Positions 58,973-64,000 of a stretch of 64,000 nt of DNA are shown here, in pieces. Source of the DNA: an uncultured Verrucomicrobiae bacterium (GTDB taxonomy: Bacteria; Chlamydiota; Chlamydiia; Chlamydiales; Rhabdochlamydiaceae); the NCBI GenBank assembly GCA_963718565.1, contig OY970364.1:1664001-1728000 (forward strand), in the 5' to 3' direction. Positions within the stretch are counted from its first letter, which is position 1; every line of letters begins with the position of its first letter. Made by a program: the position numbers and the translations under genes. The notes beneath the pieces are model-generated. The model was not told the origin of the DNA, ran no database searches, and was given only the letters and a program-made list of their open reading frames with translations.

Positions 58973-60088
58973 ATGCGTGAAGCGTTTCTTTGTTCTGGGC
59001 TGATCTATGGCCCCGATTTGCATCATCTGGACCATCTAGCCCCTCTTTGTTCTTTGATGGACATTCCGCTCATTGTCACGGAAGAAAAAATTGCCGCACT
59101 CGCCAGGCTTTATTATCCTAATATTGAGGTCTTGCTTTTCGATTATATGAGCGTTCCCCAGTATCTGGTTGCACATTTCGATATTGTCTTTTATTCCATG
59201 CCTCGCGATCTGTTCGACGAAATCTTCTTTTTTATGCAAAAACTCAGTCAGAAACGCCTCCATACGATTTGGTGTCCGCATGGCAATTCCGACAAGGGGA
59301 ACAGTATTATTTACATGGAGGCTCTCAAAAAAGAAGAAGCCGCATTAGTCTATGGCAAGCAAATGATCGATTTTCTCAAACGCAAGTTTGTATTCGACCA
59401 ATTGAAGGGACATGTGATCACTGGCAATTTCCGTTATCAATTTTATCTCGATCATCGTCCCTTCTATGACTCTATTGCTGAAAAAGCAATCTCTCGGCGA
59501 CTGCTAAAAGCTAAAAAAACCCTTCTTTATGCCCCTACTTGGCAAGATTATGAGCACTCCTCTTCATTTTTTGATGCTGCTACACCGCTCATCGAGAAAC
59601 TTCCAGAAAATGATAATCTCATTATCAAGCTTCACCCCAATTTGCACCTTCAAGAAGAATTCCGCATTGATGAGCTTGTGGAAAAATACCAGGATTGGAA
59701 AAACGTCCTTTTTCTGATCGATTTCCCACCCATCTATCCTCTCCTCAACCTCATTGATGTTTACATTGGCGATATGTCCTCGATCGGCTATGACTTCTTA
59801 ACCTTTGACCGGCCCATGTTCTTCTTGAATCAAAAGGGAAAGGATCCCCAAAATGACTTAGGACTTTATCTATTCCGTTGCGGCATAGAAATTAAATACG
59901 ACCAATATTCAGATATTCATAAGATCATCGATCAGTATTTTCACTATGAATTGCGTGATTTTTCAGAGATCAGGAGAGAAGTCTACGCTTATGTCTTTGG
60001 CCACCCTAAATCTCTTGAAGAAATCAAAAAAGAGACCCTCGCTCTTTATGAGGACGTATTCAAAGATCATGACCTCAATTTCTTTTAA
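58973..60088 (+). CDS. CDP-glycerol glycerophosphotransferase (TagB/TagF) family protein
   Basis: HGNSDKG, LYAPTW, IKLHP, GDMSSIGYDFL. Confidence 0.85.
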   Translation: MREAFLCSGLIYGPDLHHLDHLAPLCSLMDIPLIVTEEKIAALARLYYPNIEVLLFDYMSVPQYLVAHFDIVFYSMPRDLFDEIFFFMQKLSQKRLHTIWCPHGNSDKGNSIIYMEALKKEEAALVYGKQMIDFLKRKFVFDQLKGHVITGNFRYQFYLDHRPFYDSIAEKAISRRLLKAKKTLLYAPTWQDYEHSSSFFDAATPLIEKLPENDNLIIKLHPNLHLQEEFRIDELVEKYQDWKNVLFLIDFPPIYPLLNLIDVYIGDMSSIGYDFLTFDRPMFFLNQKGKDPQNDLGLYLFRCGIEIKYDQYSDIHKIIDQYFHYELRDFSEIRREVYAYVFGHPKSLEEIKKETLALYEDVFKDHDLNFF

Positions 60089-60092
60089 TCAA

Positions 60093-61148
60093 ATGCGCAC
60101 TGTTGCCATCATTACAGGCCCCGAAACTCATCTCGATCACCTAGGCGTATTAAGCTCAATCCTCAGCATTCCTTTAATTGTGACAGAAGAGAAAACATTT
60201 CGTCTCGCCACACAGTTCTATCCCGCTCTCGATGTCGCCCTGCACGATCTAGGCGATCTGACAATGGAATTTTTAGCTAAAAATTACGACGTGATTTTTC
60301 AAACAGGAAAATTCTGGGCAATCGAACTTAGACCTTTTATGGAACTGCTCTTCCGAAAAAAAATGCGATTCGTCTTTTGTCCTCATGGGAATTCGGATAA
60401 AGGCCATTCTCTGCAAAATCATGTCGAGCAAGATATCTCTCTTGTTTATGGAGAACATCTGCTCAACCTATTACAACAAACGGGTGCAGCGCAAAAGATC
60501 CGCCACATTGTGAGAACAGGAAACTATCGATACCCCTATTACCTGCGACACCGTGCATTTTATGACAATCTTGCTGAAAAAATCGTCTTTAGTCGTTTTA
60601 AGACAGAAAAACCCACACTTTTATATGCTCCGACTTGGAATAATCAGGAAAATCCCACTTCTTTCTTTTCAACCACAGATGTTTTGATCGAAGAACTTTC
60701 TGCTTCTTTTAATATGATCATCAAGCTCCATCCCTTTTTGATCGAAGATCGTCCTGCGGAAGTTTTTCAGATCATGTCCCATTACGAAAATCATCCTTCC
60801 GCAATCCTCTTGGACAATTTCCCCCCCATTTATCCACTGCTTGAGCGATGCAGCCTTTATTTAGGTGACTACTCCTCAATCGGCTATGATTTCCTTATCT
60901 ACGATAAACCTCTTTACTTCTTCAATCCCAAAAAGGGATCCTCTTCTCCATTGCACTCCTGTGGATTAGAGCTTCCAGAAAACTTGAAAGGGAAGTGGAA
61001 CCAATTTTTTACAGAAACGCTTGGGCCAAATAAGGAATTTTATTCATCGCAAAGGAAAGAAACTTATTTTTATGCTTTTGGAGAGGAACTCGATCCCAAG
61101 AGCATAAAATCCGCTATATTGCGCCCGCTTAGGTTTTGCGAATTTTGA
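60093..61148 (+). CDS. CDP-glycerol glycerophosphotransferase family protein, tandem paralog
   Basis: HGNSDKG, LYAPTW, IKLHP, GDYSSIGYDFL. Confidence 0.85.
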   Translation: MRTVAIITGPETHLDHLGVLSSILSIPLIVTEEKTFRLATQFYPALDVALHDLGDLTMEFLAKNYDVIFQTGKFWAIELRPFMELLFRKKMRFVFCPHGNSDKGHSLQNHVEQDISLVYGEHLLNLLQQTGAAQKIRHIVRTGNYRYPYYLRHRAFYDNLAEKIVFSRFKTEKPTLLYAPTWNNQENPTSFFSTTDVLIEELSASFNMIIKLHPFLIEDRPAEVFQIMSHYENHPSAILLDNFPPIYPLLERCSLYLGDYSSIGYDFLIYDKPLYFFNPKKGSSSPLHSCGLELPENLKGKWNQFFTETLGPNKEFYSSQRKETYFYAFGEELDPKSIKSAILRPLRFCEF

Positions 61149-61168
61149 CTCTGCGAGACGAAATATTT

Positions 61169-61759
61169 TTAACCTGTGTCGTTCATCTTGATGCAAAGGG
61201 AAAGAGGCTCCCTATGATTTTTCCCCGGGCCAGGAATCGTCACTTTGAGCAAGTTTTTATCGTCGAGCATACCATGTTCAACGAAATAGTTCATCGAGCT
61301 TAAGGATATTTGCTTCTCTTCATCGCCTATGATTAAATATTCAGTGCCTGTGGAATCTCGAATGAGAATGATCAGCGGAAATAGAGATTTCTCTCCACCT
61401 TTCATAGATAGCTCTGCCATTAAATCACCCACACTCAAAATATGAAGAGCAGCAATTTTCCATGTTGTATCTTTAACGGGGAGATCTGTAAAAGCTAAAT
61501 CATCCCATGTCTGCATGAATGTGATGGGAAGATTCAAGCATAGGGTCAAAGCTTTTGATGGATGAAAAAAAAGGGCGACCTCTTTGTTTTGGAAACAGGT
61601 GAAAGCCTTTTCCTTTAAAGGCGGTTTTTTAAGAAAGATTACACCAATAATGAGCGCAAGACTGCCTGCGATGAATAACCATTGAAACAAGCGTGAACTG
61701 CGGCAAAAATGCCACAGCTTTTGCAAACACTTGAAAATGCCCATTTTTCCGCCAAACAA
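61169..61759 (-). CDS. Hypothetical single-TM protein
   Basis: 196-aa ORF with one TM; start uncertain. Confidence 0.55.
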   Translation of the reverse strand: MFGGKMGIFKCLQKLWHFCRSSRLFQWLFIAGSLALIIGVIFLKKPPLKEKAFTCFQNKEVALFFHPSKALTLCLNLPITFMQTWDDLAFTDLPVKDTTWKIAALHILSVGDLMAELSMKGGEKSLFPLIILIRDSTGTEYLIIGDEEKQISLSSMNYFVEHGMLDDKNLLKVTIPGPGKNHREPLSLCIKMNDTG

Positions 61760-61812
61760 ATTTTCAATTTACACCTCTTGAGATTTTTTGACACTTAGAG
61801 TCTGTCTGCGAC

Positions 61813-61965
61813 AAGAAATTGAAGAACTCCTCCTTGGAAAGGAGAAGTCCTTCAATCTTATCCAAGTATGCTTTCGCCGTCGCCAACCGAACCCGTTGCG
61901 CGGGTTCTGGCAACAGGCGCCAAAATCATCGATTTTCTGCTGGCGACAAGTTTTGCAATTCCCTC
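61813..61965. repeat. Family A MITE, degenerate copy
   Basis: 61857-61965 matches the element; decayed end GAAATTGAAGAACTCCTCC. Confidence 0.82.
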
Positions 61966-61970
61966 TATCA

Positions 61971-62156
61971 TCACTTTTCGCTAAAATGCAAGTACTCTCT
62001 AACTGCCAATAGCATTAAAACACCGGCTCCAACTGCAGAAAGACCTAAACAAAAGCTGACAGCTCCTGTTACATTAAAAGCGAACATTTTAAATGCTGCG
62101 CTAAAGAATAGATAGATTCCCAATAGAATCACGGAAATGATTTTTACAATGCTCAT
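61971..62156 (-). CDS. Small 2-TM protein
   Basis: 61 aa; paralog of neighbour. Confidence 0.7.
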   Translation of the reverse strand: MSIVKIISVILLGIYLFFSAAFKMFAFNVTGAVSFCLGLSAVGAGVLMLLAVREYLHFSEK

Positions 62157-62185
62157 ATTTACCCTTTATTTATAATTCTCAATTT

Positions 62186-62371
62186 CTATCTTCTAGATTC
62201 TTTTGTAAATCTACCAATGGATATTAAGATAAGCACTCCAGAAGCAACACCCAACAGCTGAACAGTATTGTTTGCTAAAGGTGCAAGAATAACCTCTGAC
62301 ATCGTGGCCAATCCCATTAAAATCAGATAGATGGCCAAAAAAATCATCCCAATCATTTTTATAACGTTCAT
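62186..62371 (-). CDS. Small 2-TM protein
   Basis: 61 aa; GAGGAG RBS. Confidence 0.72.
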   Translation of the reverse strand: MNVIKMIGMIFLAIYLILMGLATMSEVILAPLANNTVQLLGVASGVLILISIGRFTKESRR

Positions 62372-62465
62372 ATGCTCCTCAAAAGATTATAGTTATACGG
62401 CGCGCCGTATAAGGTTCACAATTTTCTAATTATCAGAAGCAAACAATTAATGAAAATAAATTTTA

Positions 62466-63635
62466 TTACGAGGGCGGAAGGACGAAGACATGATTCAAAA
62501 GATCGAGATTGCCTGCTGTAGAGACAGCTTCAATTTCATAGGAGGAAGCCCCTTCTTTGGGCGTCTGAATAGCCGAAACAATACCGACGCGAAAGCCGGA
62601 CGGAAAAACTCCATCCAAGCCAGTCGTAACAAGAAGATCCCCTGGCCTCAAGAGAGGCATTAATTCTTTCTTCCGGGGTATCGCATATGGTTCTCCGGAG
62701 CGCAAATTTCGCGCAGGCCCTTCCTCATCCGGAAAATCGCAATTGAACCCTCTTCCTTTCAACACTTGGCTTCGCGAACGCCACAAAGGATGGCTTGTTC
62801 CGTGAATTTCCCCTTTTGCAAGGTAGAAATCTCCAGATTGTTGAAGGAGGACTTTTTTGAGGCGGTCGAGATGCTGATTGAGAGCAGTACTCTCTTCCAT
62901 TGAAGAGAAAAGGTCTTCGCGCAACTCCAATGAAAAAATGAGCGCTTCTAAATGCTCCAAGAGATACCCGTTTTGCTGATTACCTCGACAAGCGCGCACG
63001 GAGGGTGTTAAACGTGAATCGGTGATCAATCGAACTCGAGATTGATGATCTCCGACATACTCGATGACACCGACAATCGACGTGCCTAAGAGAACGGGGC
63101 TATTTTTATCGACGATTTTTTTCCCCAGCCTTTGATTGTCCTTTTCCCCCAAATTGATCCACAAAGTACTGCTCCAAGACGCTGGTTCGCGAAAAATGAC
63201 TGTGGCGGGAAGGGCGCAAATGTGCAGGTCTAGCAAATGACAAAGTTCTCGACTTCGCCTTTTGAAAAACTCTTTCCAAAATATATCATCTAAATTTGTT
63301 TGCAAAAGATGTTTATAGCGGTCGACCTGTTCCTGGATGCGATCCTCATATAACAACCACTGTCTGACATTTTCAATCTGTGAACGCAAAAGTTGATTTT
63401 CTTGAGACAGCCGCTCGATTTCAAAAGTATCGCCTGGAGAATGCCCTGTCCTAAGTAAAGGAAGGGTCAATATAAAAAGCGTCTTTTCTTTTAAGAAGTT
63501 GAGTCCTCTCCAACAAGGAGAGAAAGAGCAGACAACACAAGAGCGAATGCGTTCAGAAGATTCATAAGACAAACTCATCACACAGAAAAAAAAGAGAGTG
63601 AGAAAGAGGTAAGGACGATAGGAGATTCGACGCAT
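62466..63635 (-). CDS. mreC: Rod shape-determining protein MreC
   Basis: Coiled coil ENQLLR, SRVRLITD, GDLLVTTGLDGVFPSG. Confidence 0.9.
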   Translation of the reverse strand: MRRISYRPYLFLTLFFFCVMSLSYESSERIRSCVVCSFSPCWRGLNFLKEKTLFILTLPLLRTGHSPGDTFEIERLSQENQLLRSQIENVRQWLLYEDRIQEQVDRYKHLLQTNLDDIFWKEFFKRRSRELCHLLDLHICALPATVIFREPASWSSTLWINLGEKDNQRLGKKIVDKNSPVLLGTSIVGVIEYVGDHQSRVRLITDSRLTPSVRACRGNQQNGYLLEHLEALIFSLELREDLFSSMEESTALNQHLDRLKKVLLQQSGDFYLAKGEIHGTSHPLWRSRSQVLKGRGFNCDFPDEEGPARNLRSGEPYAIPRKKELMPLLRPGDLLVTTGLDGVFPSGFRVGIVSAIQTPKEGASSYEIEAVSTAGNLDLLNHVFVLPPS

Positions 63636-63640
63636 ATTGT

Positions 63641-64000
63641 TTAACCTGACACAGTTGCGATGGCATTGACAACATCGTCAAGATTTTTTTGATTTAACCC
63701 GCACACATTGATCCTCCCATCGCTTGGCATATAAATGGCATATTCTTTCATCATGCGGTCCACTTGCGCTTTCGTGAGTCCCGTGTAGCAAAACATTCCT
63801 CTTCCTCTTCTAAGATAACTGTAATCAACGTCTCTGCTTTTTCCTGCTAAACGCTCAGCGAGTGCAAGGCGCAGCGTACTGATCCTTTCTCTCATTTCTT
63901 TGACTTCACTTTCCCATTGTTGGCGCAAAGAGGAAGTACTTAATACACAGGCGACCATCTTCGCTCCGTGGAGGGGAGGATTAGAATAATTCACCCGGAT
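63641..64000 (-). CDS. aspC: Aspartate/aromatic aminotransferase, C-terminal part only
   Basis: YSNPPLHGA, GMFCYTGL, GRINVCGL. Confidence 0.88.
   Translation of the reverse strand: MRVNYSNPPLHGAKMVACVLSTSSLRQQWESEVKEMRERISTLRLALAERLAGKSRDVDYSYLRRGRGMFCYTGLTKAQVDRMMKEYAIYMPSDGRINVCGLNQKNLDDVVNAIATVSG

Overview
A 64-kb chromosomal segment of an environmental Chlamydiota bacterium (inferred from dnaB-mnmG-lplA, sdhCAB-tatD, tolQ/R/A/B-pal-LysM and chlamydial-type gspD/E/F/G gene order; murI argues against Chlamydiaceae). The housekeeping backbone is densely colonised by at least six families of short palindromic MITE/RPE-like elements. The dominant family (182 bp, ends GAGGGAATTGCAAAACTCCTCGCC) makes 4-bp target duplications, and one copy adds 62 codons in frame to mutY. 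Both full-length IS elements sit inside these palindromes: an IS1634-like IS, and an IS607 with an internally deleted TnpA and an apparently intact TnpB carrying a Fanzor-type rearranged RuvC, whose predicted guide matches the empty palindrome. Two ATPase-wHTH-nuclease genes each have a tandem palindromic array directly upstream. Also present: a REC-degenerate-GGDEF protein with an intact RxxD site, a secreted hydrolase plus four-domain aspartyl protease island, surface-glycan genes and several gene remnants. I found no rRNA, tRNA or CRISPR array. All family assignments come from motif recognition, not database searches.
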